Counted from the first letter of the stretch, positions 32,866-43,812 are shown. The stretch: DNA of 64,000 nt from Carpediemonas membranifera BICM (GCA_019828565.1 JAHDYR010000003.1:681409-745408); one strand, 5' to 3'. Notes: generated by a model not told the origin, from the sequence alone. Translations and numbers: made by a program.

Positions 32866-33980
32866 TGAAATTCTCGTTGTTCAAAGTGAAGTCGTCATCC
32901 GAGATCTCAGAGGGTTCGAACCACTAGCAGACTCCCTAGCCATTGCTGCATGCCGACTTTTGAACAGCCATGCAGCTGCGTCGGCATGGGCAAGTGAGGC
33001 GGGCCATGGAGAGACCAGACTCAGGTGCTGCGTTCGTCCGATAGAAAAGTGACGCAGACATAGTTGTCATACAGAACGTCGTGTTACCTGGTTTATATCA
33101 GTTGGTTTCGGGTTGTGTATCAACCTCTGTCACAGTGTTCAATGTTCTTGTTGAAATACGCACAGTGGATCAAACGTCTCATTCATTCCAGACTAATGAC
33201 CAAGGGAGTGTGATCGTGTCTCAAGCGATCAATCGGCTTAACTGTCACTGTAGTGTGTACTTTAGACCAGTTTGTCAACGTTTGGTTGCCATTTGCCAAT
33301 CTATTCGCAGCCTGCTCTGAACACGGCGAACTCAAAAGCTTGCTCAAGGAGCAGACCTCATTGATCCAATATGATGATGTCGTTGAATGTAATTTCACGG
33401 CCTGACCGCCACTTGATCATCCCTTTCATGCAGTCGGCAATCTCTATTCGTAGACCCACCTCCGCACACCCAGGACCGTGATAATACTCCTTCTCAGCTC
33501 ACTCTTGGACTCATCTCCAGTTTCTCCGTGGTCGGTGTTGTTCTCGTCGTCTCGTCTCCTTCCTCATCATTTGAAAAATTAAGAACATCTGTAGAGACTC
33601 TCCGTTGTCTTTCAGTGTCTGTTCCGGGTGTATTCAAGCAGCATCAGTCACGATACCAGTTGCTATTGTCCTGAGACTAGTAGACGAGAGCTGGAGGGGT
33701 GCTGAGACCCGGGGCGGGAGTCGCCACGGGCCAAGTTGCACCCCTCCCTGCTCATACACAATTGAAATGTGTATAATATACAGGAACGGCGACCGCGGGT
33801 TTGCGGGTGCTGTCAAAATCCAAGCTGTGCGCCACAGCGTCTTCGGACACGTGGGTTTGCATTGGCCTCTGGCCCTTGCAGCACACCGGGACATCCGCGC
33901 CAGTTTGCACGGCGCGGAACCCGGGTTCTAGTTAGGAGCGCGCGGGCAGTGTGAGACTGACGCGCGACATCAGATGGGCC

Positions 33981-34062
33981 TGTGATCTTGTCGAGGTTAA
34001 AGGTTTCAAAACAAACTGTTTATAGGGTTCGCACGTGTAGTTGGTACCCTAAACTGCTCACA
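33981..34062 (-). repeat. 3' LTR (82 bp)
   Basis: tgtga...tcaca; preceded on the minus strand by the polypurine tract agaggggaag (34063-34072). Confidence 0.97.
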
Positions 34063-34070
34063 CTTCCCCT

Positions 34071-37000
34071 CTAAAGGTGCAGCTCCGGGTGAGCCTCGGC
34101 ATAAATGTCGAGGGCTTCGAGGTCGCGGACCTCGTGGTACGGGAGCCACTCATCGGCGCCTGGGTAGCCATCCCAGGCGACGAGGAATTCGAGGGTAGAC
34201 TTCGTGGGGCCACCACGGTGGCGGGTGATGGCCTCGACTTCGTAGGTGTCGTCGTCAAGGGAGGCGACGGTGATGTCATCGAAGGCCAGGGAGTCGTCGT
34301 ACTCCACGAGCCGGGAACCGTGATACTGGAAGGTGGCGCCGGCAGTGGGGTTGTGTACGGTGTAGATGTCGTGCTCGCGGTCAGTGATCGTGTATGGGCC
34401 AACGAGCTTAGTAGACAGCTTGGTGGGGCGCTTCGAAGGGCGCGTGACAAGCACCTTCGAGCCAATAGGAAGGGGCTCGTCGCCGAAAGCCGGACGTTTC
34501 GAGAGGACGTTCTCTTGGTGCTGGCGTGCTGTCTCAATGAGCTTGGGCTGGGCCTGGAGAACACGGCTAAAGAAGCGGCCGTATTCACTCTTCTCCTCCC
34601 TCAACGTGGGCGTCGGACGACAGGAAGGGGGTGACGTTCTGTGAAGCGAACATGAGCTGTGCGGGGGCAATGCCCGTGGTGGCACATATCGTGGTGTTCA
34701 TGATCCGCTGGACGACTGGGAGGTAAAGGGACCAGTTGTTAACGTCGCGCAGCTCCTGAGTGATGGTACGTAGGTGTCGTGAGAGCTCGGCGTTAGCTCT
34801 TTCGACGAGCCCGTTGGCTCTGGGGTGGTATGGAAGAGAGACAACGTGTTGGGCGCCGAAGAGCTTAATGAGCTGTTGGAAAGCGGTGGCAAGGTACTGA
34901 GAACCGCGATCACTTCGGAAAGAAGACGGAGTACCGTAGCGTCCCGTGACGGAGATAAGAGCGCGAAGGGCCTCTGCAGAAGAAGCATCCTTGCATGGGA
35001 CCAGCTCTACGAAGCGTGTGAAGGTGTCAATGAAGGTGATAACGTAGCGGCATCCGTTGGAGTCTGCAGGATAAGGCCCGACCGTATCAAACGCCCAGCA
35101 GGAGCGTGGGGTGACGCCCATGGTAGGGCGGAGGCCTGTCTGAAGGCGCTTGGGAAGTCTGGCGTTCTTCTGACATATCGGGCAAGCCTTGATATACTCG
35201 GCGACAGCGTTGCTCATTCCACGGAAGTCAAGGTTTCGTTCCTTAAGGAGGCGGAGTGTAGCCTCTCGGCCGAGGTGTCCCTCGACGGCATTGTGGACAG
35301 AGGCTATGATAAGTCGCTGGAGTGTAGGGGCATTCTCGGGGGTTGGACGATGAAGCACCTGGATATGCCATCAGTGAGGGTGTTGGAGACGCCAGAGATG
35401 TGTTCAACGACAAAGTCGAACTCTTGGAGTCTGAGGTTCCAGCGGACGACCTTGGGTGTGGTAGAACGGCGCATATAAACTAGGTTACGGTGGTCTGTCT
35501 GTATAGCGAACGAGTGGCCGAGGAGATAGGGGAGTACTTCTCGACAACCGCGAAGAAGATGCCGAAGGCTTCCTTTTCGATGACAGCCCAGTTGCGCTCT
35601 GCGGTGGTGAATGCGTGGCTACAGTAGGAGACTACGTGTTCAACGCCATCCTTGACGTTGAGGAGCACGCCTCCACAGCCAATGTCGCTAGCATCGGTGC
35701 GAACGATAATTGGGGCAGAGTAGTCCAGGAAGGCTAAACACGGCGTGTGGGCGGCGAGGTTCTTGCTCTCTTCGAAAGCAGTCTGGGCCTCCTTTGTCCA
35801 TTTCCACCGGACCTTCCCAGAGGTGAGGGCGTATAGTGGCTGTAGGATCGAGCTGAGGTTGGGGATGAACCTACGGAAATAATTCATCGCTCCACAGAAG
35901 GCCCGCGTGGTCTTGATGTCCTTAGGAGGAGCCATGGCCTGAACGGCCTTGACCCGGGCGGGGGACATGCGGATTCCCTCGGGGGAGATGATATGGCCGA
36001 GGTATTTCACCTGCTCAGCGTACAGACAGCACTTGCTGGGATGAAGGACGAAGCGATGTTCCTTGAGAACGGCAAGGATCTCAGCTAGGCGTGTAGCTAG
36101 TTCGTCCGTGGTTGATGCGTGAATGATGATGTCGTCTATGAAGACCTCGCACGTAGTTCCGACAAACTTGGAGAGCAATTGGGTCATGATGGCCTGGAAG
36201 GTAGCAGGAGCCGTTTTGACGCCAAATGGAACGCGCGTATACTCATAAAGGCCGGTTGGAGTTGAAAACGCGGTTATCGGAATGGAACTTTCGGACAGTG
36301 GGATCTGGTGGTATCCACTAACGAGATCTAACGTCGCAAAGCAACGTTGGCCTGCGAGATGCGACATCAGCTCTTCTTGGTGTGCAAGTGGGAAACTGAC
36401 TTGCTTGATGCGATCATTCGCCTGACGGTAGTCCACGACGAGGCGGCGGGCACCGCCCTTTTTGGGGACAGTAAAGACGGGTGCAGCCCAGGGAGAGCGT
36501 GAGGGGCGGACGATTCCTTGAGCAAGGAGCTCGTTCACCTGGTCATCAACCTCCTGCTGGATTGCAGGGGATAGACGACGCGGCGGTTGAGCAGCCGGTG
36601 TGGCGCCCTCAAGCAGCTCTATCTCCATAGGGGGAACGTCTGCTCCGTCTGGGTGGGGACGGCTGGTGAAGACTTCGGCATACTCATCATAGACGGCTCT
36701 GATGGCTGGCGGGAGGGCAGACGCGGTTGAACCTACGTCAGGGAGCTGCTCTCCTTCATCTAGGCGAGTGACGGGTGCGTGATCCTCATCGATCGTCTCC
36801 TCATCGGCCGTTGGGGCCAAGGAGAGGGAGAGATCTTGGATAGTGGAGTTTGAGAGGATCAGATCCTCCGACATAGAGGGGAGGATGTAGAATGGCCGAA
36901 TGGAGCGAACGCCATCAATGAGCATGGCAAGGAACACAGCTCTCTTGATGAAAACTGGACCGTTCGCGGTATCCAAACGAACGTTAGCGACGGCTGGAAG

Positions 37001-37912
37001 AGCGCCACGTTGGATAAAATGATTCGGCTATCGTGGGGGAGATGAGGTCAATAGTTGCACCAGTATCAAGTACTGCACAGACCTCTGTGGCAGTACTCTC
37101 GTTGATGGGAACATAGAGAGTGGCTTGGCGACAGATGAGGCCGTCGTGATCAGTGGCGGCCAGATTCGCCTTTTCGCGCTTGACTGGCGGACCCTGGATG
37201 GGAGTCTTGCGCACGCCAGAGCGGAAGAAATCTCTGTGTCCTTGATAGGGACAGTTGGGGCGGATGTGGCCCGTATGGCCACAGCCGTGGCAGGGGCAGA
37301 CGATCGTTGGGGTAGTCTAGCCCCAGCGGCGGCGCCGGGAGTCGGGCGCTTACCAGCTGGCTGGGCCGGTTCCGGCTGCAGGAGCGACTGGAGGTTAAGG
37401 AGTTCCTCCAGTTCATCAATGGCGTGGTCCTGCGCCTCTGCGACGTCATCTGGCTGCTCCATGCGGATACGCTCCGCAAGAGGATCTGGAAGTGCCTGCA
37501 GGTATGCCTTCACCATTAGCTTCTCTGGTGGTGTGACGTCGGCTGTGAACGAGCTCCGGATAGTTTCGAAGCGTTCGATATGGTTGAGAAGCTGTGCAGG
37601 CGTTGATAAGGGGCCCGTTCGGGCGCACCGCAGCGACTTCAGCTTGGCTAGTGCTTGAACGTTACTGCGGGGGCTATAGAATGTTTGGTAGACTGTGTCC
37701 AAGACAGTATCCGCCGGAAGATCGGCCGGATTGTCGTTGAGACGGCGTGTGATGAGAAGAAGAGGCGTAGGATCCATCAGGGCAGTCGGATGGAGAAGAG
37801 GATCGTCAAGGCGTTGAGCTCGGTACGCACGGTAGGACGATCGGACAACGAACTTGGTGAACGCCTGTTCTTCTAGTGTTAGTAAGAAAGGTCTTGGTAT
37901 GTAGTCGGACAT
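34071..37912 (-). CDS. gag-pol polyprotein, interrupted by about 4 frameshifts
   Basis: ATG at 37912; ORF pieces 37028-37927, 36984-37300, 35480-36976, 34585-35358 and 34071-34685 carry consecutive domains; ends in chromodomain YEVEAITRHR...FLVAWDGY...EWLP. Confidence 0.9.
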
Positions 37913-37927
37913 TAGATGAGTGTACAC

Positions 37928-38009
37928 TGTGATCTTGTCGAGGTTAAAGGTTTCAAAACAAACTGTTTATAGGGTTCGCACGTGTAGTTGGTACCCTAAA
38001 CTGCTCACA
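37928..38009 (-). repeat. 5' LTR (82 bp)
   Basis: Identical to 33981-34062. Confidence 0.97.
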
Positions 38010-39261
38010 GGCCTAGGACATTGAGCATAGAAGATACGCTCGGTCGACCCCCAAAATAGCTGGAGGCGCGTGTATGCGGGAGGGAATCCCAACTACACCC
38101 GCCCCTCTGGATGCCGTTGTCCAGAGGGGCTTTTTTGCGTTATGTCTGATTTTTTTCGACCCTGGCCCAGCCACTAATGGTTGTATGGATTGTCTAGACG
38201 ACATTCTATCGTCTATGCTTGTGATTGGCTTGACTCATTTGTCCTCATTGGCTGAGATATCTGGTGATGCTTTCTGAAAAGTTGCGTCTGGTAAGGCCGA
38301 CACATGATACGCGTAGCGGGGAATATTCTGCTAGAATTCGTAGTTCTCCAACACGATACAGGCTCTCCCACCCCAGCCCACTGCTGATTCGGCTGACCAC
38401 ACAGCCGCGAATAATCGAAATAGGGTCTGACGGACGACATTTCCGAACGGTCTGGACACTATAGCCTCTGGACGACTATCCTGCAGCCTTATTTTTCCAG
38501 GCTGAGGTTCATGACTTCGTATGTGACTCGATTGCCTTTTCGTTGCTTCGTGAGCAGTGCGGTCGCTAACTGCAGAAGAACGCATCTTTTTTGCAGTTCA
38601 TAATCGTTATTTACCGTCCTACAGTTACTATCTCTTCATATTGGTTCATTTGCTGTTTGCCTTCGCAGTTCGCATGTCATCCTCGCAAGCCGACACGCGG
38701 GCTGTAAGGCACAGTTGACACGCAAAACCAATGAATATGAAAGAATAGCACACTGGCTGTCATTACTACGTTCATCCTTGCAGCATGAATGCATGCAATC
38801 AGTGTGATTCGGGCCCGCCCCCACGCCCCGGTGGGTGTCGCACCTCGCGCTGTTCCTCGTTGCGGTCGAGTACTGTGTGGGTACGTCATGGACGACAGTT
38901 GTTCTTTCCATTTGCGACTGTGATCTCGATCAAACACAACTCTACGGATATCCACCAGTGCCAGCGGAGAACAGCACAAAGTTTTCCAAACGGAGTCTCA
39001 TGCTGTGCCACACACCAATGCAAGTACGAAGAGCTTCTTTTTTGTCGAGGGTTGAGTCCGACCACCGTTTTGTATCTCGATCTTTCCTACGTACGATACG
39101 TCCGTATCTCAAGCAGTACCTGGACCAACCCCGAGAGATGGCCTTGCCTTACCCTTCCGGGCCAGCGGAGGATGTTGTGTCAAGGTGAACAGGGCCAATC
39201 TTGACTGGATCACGGAAAAAATTTCTTGACGTCTTCTTGACGAGAGCGGGCCAAGTTCAAG

Positions 39262-40674
39262 ATGAACGAACCGTTGAGTTCAACGATTGAAAATGACAGC
39301 TCACCCAGAGCTACAAATGGAGAAGCACACGAGTACCACTTTTCATTCTTAGATCTGCCTGTTAGCATGCAGTGGTTGCTGATGATCTCTGCTGGCGTTT
39401 CTCCCGACGCAAACGCCGTATCCACACCCCTCTGGCCCCATTGTGACGTCGACTACCTAGAATATGACGGTGTTAGCGCAGATACGGACGCCTTGCCGTT
39501 TCTTTCAACCGCAATCTGGGGCAAGCACAAGGCCGTCTGCGATAGCGAAGCGGTCCGCCACGGCTTCACAGAAGGCCGGGACCCCATCTCGCTCCGCTTG
39601 TTCGACGGCAGAGTCTTCACGATGAGCCACGACACGCTCCTGGACGAGCCTGTGAGCTTCAGCCGCCTCCGCATCCCCCGGGCCCGCGCTCTCTACACCA
39701 ACGACGGCTCGCTGTTCATAGCTACCGAGCGTGGCTTCTACGCCCAGGGCAGCAACAGCTGCGGCCAACTCGGCCTGGGCCAAACGACCGCCATCGTCGA
39801 CTCGCCCAGTCGCGTCTCCTTCCCCGACGCGCCCGAGGTCGCCGAGCTTGAGGCCAGCCGTCTGCTGTTCGAGAGGCACGCCGTGATCGAGCACGTCTTC
39901 CTCCACGCCGACATGACCATCATCCAGACCTCCGTCGGCCTCTTCGGCGCGGGCTCCAACGCCAACGGCCAGCTGGGCGTGGGCGACGAGGCGTGCGTCA
40001 ACACGTTCCGCCCGATCCGCCTGCCGCCGCCCCAGCCGGGTGCGCCCTTCATGCCGACAGCATTCCCCACGGCAACCATCTTCACCCGCACCGGCGCTGA
40101 CGGCCGCGTGCTGCGCTACGTCACCGGCCGCAACCGCACGGGCCAGCTCGGCCTGGGCCACACGGACCCCGTGACGACGCCCGCGCGCGTGCCTGGCGAG
40201 TGGGCCGGCGTGCACCCGTGCAGCGGCTTCACCCTCTTCCTGCGCGACGGCCGCCTCTTCACGAGCGGCCAGCCCCGGCAGCTTAAGAGCCTCGCCGGCG
40301 TCCACGACAGCGTCGACCCCACGCCGGTGCCGCTGACCGACCGAGTCCGCGAGGCGTACGCCCAGGATCCGTTCATCGCCGTCGTCACCGACAAGCCCGG
40401 CTTCACGGTCTACTCGACCAACCCGCGCACGGGCGACACCTTCGTGTGGGAGTCCTCGCAGCGTCTGCAGCTCGTCACGGCGCACCAGAAGAAGCAGAAC
40501 TGGTGGTTCGAGGCCGACCAAGGCTGGTTCGGCCTTGGCACCAACCGCGACGGTCGTCTTGGTCTCGGTGGCCCTGGCATGGTCTGGAAGCCCACACCCG
40601 TGAGCGTCATGCAGTCCAACTTCGACGACAGCAAGCCCGTGGACCCGCTGCGGACCCCGGCCGACCCGCGTTAG
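39262..40674 (+). CDS. RCC1/BLIP-II repeat protein with F-box-like N-terminal motif
   Basis: GSNSCGQLGLG, GSNANGQLGVG and GRNRTGQLGLG repeats; N-terminal FLDLPVSMQWLL. Confidence 0.85.
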   Translation: MNEPLSSTIENDSSPRATNGEAHEYHFSFLDLPVSMQWLLMISAGVSPDANAVSTPLWPHCDVDYLEYDGVSADTDALPFLSTAIWGKHKAVCDSEAVRHGFTEGRDPISLRLFDGRVFTMSHDTLLDEPVSFSRLRIPRARALYTNDGSLFIATERGFYAQGSNSCGQLGLGQTTAIVDSPSRVSFPDAPEVAELEASRLLFERHAVIEHVFLHADMTIIQTSVGLFGAGSNANGQLGVGDEACVNTFRPIRLPPPQPGAPFMPTAFPTATIFTRTGADGRVLRYVTGRNRTGQLGLGHTDPVTTPARVPGEWAGVHPCSGFTLFLRDGRLFTSGQPRQLKSLAGVHDSVDPTPVPLTDRVREAYAQDPFIAVVTDKPGFTVYSTNPRTGDTFVWESSQRLQLVTAHQKKQNWWFEADQGWFGLGTNRDGRLGLGGPGMVWKPTPVSVMQSNFDDSKPVDPLRTPADPR

Positions 40675-41355
40675 TTGGCTGACATTTACAGGGGGTAGTA
40701 AATGTAATTTAATACTTCAATTAGAAAAACTTCCATCCATCTGGGTGCCCCTGTGGAAAGGCGAGGACTGATTTCATGGCATGGCTCATCCTCGACTCAC
40801 CCCCTCGAACAACAGAGACTATAGCTGCCAGCTGACACACAGGGCCAGTGTGTGGAGCGCCGTTTGCCAGTATTGAGCGCAGATTGCTTTATGGTGCACT
40901 TTATGTCAGCATTATTGTGGTATTTAGAGGGTTTATGTGGAGGATTCATGTAAAGGTGACTTAGGCTTTTAGACTGAACAATTCTAATCCTGCGCAGCAC
41001 ACTACCTCCACTCACCCACTTCAGCCCTCGTCTGTACCATCGGGCTTTCGTGCTTTCAGTCGTCGGTCTGCACGAAAAGATGCGTCGTCCATCGTCTGTG
41101 TCGAACGCTGCTGTCTTCTTTCGCGTCTGTGCTCGTCTGTTACGCGCTCATCTGTCGTCCATTGCCGGCGTCTGAAGCTCATGACGTCGTCGTCTTCGTC
41201 GTCTTCGTCTGTTGTGAGAGACACTAGTGGTGGAAAGCGGTTGTAGCTAGTAGTAAAGACGCTTTGTGCTGTATGATGCTGGTTTCTTGTGTTTTGAGGG
41301 ATGCTGCTAGCTGATGAACCCTGAAAAGAAATGATCGATGCAGGCAGCTCAATAG

Positions 41356-43258
41356 ACTCCAATACCTTCCAAGATATACACGGTGAAGGCTTCCGTTAAC
41401 AAGGCCATGGGCGAGATTAACGGCGGAGGCGATAACAACGCGCCGCGGCGAGGAAATCTTGAACCCGGCATGCGTTCTTTCACGCAGGCTAAGTACACAT
41501 TCACTTGCCTGCTTGCGTGCGTCTCTGCATCTGCGCACGCGTTGACCCCACCGAGGACGGTCAACCTGTTCGACGAGGAGGTCCTCACGCAGATCGTCAG
41601 CATTGCTCAGCAAAAGGTGTCGAGGGCAAAGGCAGCGGATCGGTGCAGGTGGATTTGCGACCTGGCGATGTGGAGGGACCCTGGCATAACCCCACTCGTC
41701 CGGGACTTCAGGGAAGCCTACGTTGGAATTGCAGCGCCATTTCAGAGCTGGTTGGGTGAGTACTCCACAGTCACCCGGGTCTGGCTCTCGCGCGCGTCAC
41801 CCGCGTACCTGACCCGTCTTCGTGCTGGATTAGAACGGGTGCGTCCGCTCCTCCATGATCGGCCGGGTGTTCGACAGGATTTTCCCGACACCCAAGGCGA
41901 GCTCGACACTGAGGTTGCCGCCATAGCCGCCGATCATGACATGCATCATCGTCAAATGCATGCATCGCCCGAGGGGCAACGGGTGGGTCGCACTGGTACC
42001 GTGGCCGAGGCTCTCGTCGGCGTGCTGTCGTGCGTCACGCGCATGAGTGCTGCAGTGACCAAGCTGGTCACACTCCCTCGTGCCGTGAACCTCGAGCTCA
42101 GTCAGGCCCTGCCAGAGCCGAAGCTCGTCCCGTTCGTGCCGATGGCACCGGTCAGGCCTGGGTTCATAACCATCGAGCGCGGAGTAACAGCGCTCACCCC
42201 AGCGATGAAGAGGCGCCTGCGTGTGCACGTGAATTGGTCAGCAACCAAGAATTTGACCGACGAGCAGGTTGATAGATACGAGCGTGATCACGGCGACATC
42301 ACCAAGCTCCGCAGAGTGCTCTCTGTGAAGACAGACGGGGTCTCTGCTGCTGTGACGGTTTGGGTGGGCTGCGAGAAATACCGTGGCGGTCGGGTGGCTG
42401 ACCGGCCCACGTACAAAAAGGGTAGCAGCAACAAGCGGGCTCGGCTCGGTCAGGATGACGCCGAGGCTACTCCTGCCCCGGACATTCAAGCTCTCATGGG
42501 CTTCGACCCTGGTGCTCGGTCGCTGGGCGGCTACACGATCCGCCGCCCAGACGGGCAGAGTGTCTGGCGTACTCGCTAAGTGTGGCTACACTGCCACCCC
42601 CTCTTTCCGCGTGAATATGAGCGTAGCATCGTTCAAAACGACAAGTCTAGAGGCTCTCAAACAGTCGATTAGATTTGTCCATGAGAACATCGTTCAGATC
42701 ATCAACGAGGGGACTAGAAAGTGTTTCCGCCGTGCGACTTTTGCCAATCACTGTCTGCGCCTGAAGCACTTCGCCCGGGCTGGACGTCAACTCCTGGATG
42801 ATCTCGGCGGGCGCCCCCCGGAGCCCATTCACCTCGAAGTCGCGTATGGGGCTGCACTGTTCGGTTCCGCCGGCACTCCCTCCTGTGCTCCGTACCGCCA
42901 CTTTGCTCGAGCTCTTCCTGGCATCATGCTCCGGCACAACGTCGTCGTGAGTGTCACGATGGTCTCGGAATTCCGCACTTCCATCGTGTGGCCATACTGC
43001 AAAGCACACTTCCGACGTGTGGTGCACACACACCGCACCATGCTCTGCCAGAATCCCGCGTGCGAGGGAGCTCCATGGCGCGTTGAACGGCTACGTCGGC
43101 ATCCCGAGCAGAGAGACAAACTTCTCAATCTCTCTCACCGAGATAAGAGCGCCAGCGAGAACATCCTTTGGTGCACCCACGATGCAACTTCAGATCAGAT
43201 AGAGCAATCTCCTTTCCACTACGACTCCCAGAGAGGTGCTCTTCCTCGCTATCATTAA
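41356..43258 (+). CDS. Fanzor1 (TnpB-like RuvC RNA-guided nuclease), about 630 aa, one frameshift near 42560, start uncertain
   Basis: YTVKASV N-terminal strand, SVKTDGVSA, RuvC-I GFDPG (D at 42505), VAYGAALFG, RuvC-II SEFRTS (E at 42968), WPYC...CQNPAC Zn-finger region, RuvC-III HRDKSASENI (D at 43142). Confidence 0.9.
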
Positions 43259-43402
43259 CTTGCTAAGTTGAGCAAACACGCGCTGCAGCGCGCGTGATAT
43301 GCTGCGCACGATTGATAGAGTATGATGAACCACACTGCGATCCTGATGCTGCTTGGATCACTGTGTGTTTTGGACTCAACAATTCTAATCCTGCGCAGCA
43401 CA
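43259..43402 (+). ncRNA. Candidate Fanzor omegaRNA scaffold (copy B)
   Basis: Hairpin cacgcgc-tgca-gcgcgcgtg, then a long stem tgctgcgca...tgcgcagca enclosing the hairpin cacactgcgatcc...ggatcactgtgtg; ends at the element terminus. Confidence 0.65.
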
Positions 43403-43413
43403 ATTATTTCGAG

Positions 43414-43812
43414 ATGGAGCCACAGCACGAAACCGAAGTGGATATTCCCACAAATGTAGGAGAAGAGCTCAAGGAGGAATCTATGCCGGTTGAGAAGCCC
43501 ATGACGTCTGCAGATCTCTTCACCTCCCTGAAAAGTTATCTTTCCTCTCATCTCTCCGAAGCAGTGAATGATCTGGACCTCCTTGCTGATCTTAACAAGC
43601 TTGGTGCCGAGAAGTACGAGCAGATGGCCAAGTTTTGCGGCCAGCTCATCCCCCAAGGCGAGGCGATGACAGAAGCATTCAAGCAGATCCAGCCCCATCT
43701 TGAGGAGATTGATGAGCTGATCAGCAACATTTCTGGTCTAGAGGCCACTGTGAATGCCCTGGACCACTACACGAAGGCGCTGCAGGGCAAGCTCGAGACG
43801 ATCCTCCGCTAG
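43414..43812 (+). CDS. BLOC1S2: BLOC-1 subunit 2 (BLOS2)
   Basis: DLDLLADLNKLGAEKYEQM...IQPHLEEIDEL...LEATVNALDHYTKALQGKL. Confidence 0.8.
   Translation: MEPQHETEVDIPTNVGEELKEESMPVEKPMTSADLFTSLKSYLSSHLSEAVNDLDLLADLNKLGAEKYEQMAKFCGQLIPQGEAMTEAFKQIQPHLEEIDELISNISGLEATVNALDHYTKALQGKLETILR

Larger units (their letters stand above)
33981..38009 (-). mobile_element. Ty3/gypsy chromovirus-type LTR retrotransposon, 4029 bp
   Basis: Identical 82-bp LTRs; 4-bp TSD GGCC (33977-33980 and 38010-38013); domain order gag, CCHC (CHGCGHTGHIRPNC), PR (LDTGA), RT (FIDD), RNase H (TDAS), IN (H2C2, DDE), chromodomain; PPT present. Confidence 0.97.
40916..43402 (+). mobile_element. Fanzor element copy B, near full length
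   Basis: Boundaries defined by comparison with copy A; termini tgtgg...gcagcaca; flanking direct repeat attat (40911-40915 and 43403-43407). Confidence 0.9.

Noticed and set aside
33060-33600. RIDW and DHTPLVISL fragments suggesting an AP-endonuclease relic
   Set aside because: The motifs are in different frames amid many stops and no other EEP motifs are present; unsupported without a search.
38014-39260. Short ORFs between the retrotransposon and the RCC1 gene
   Set aside because: No recognisable domains or consistent codon bias.
43294-43413. N-terminal extension of BLOS2 in the ORF track (also ORF 3044..3514)
   Set aside because: This is read-through of the Fanzor right end; the real start is ATG 43414.
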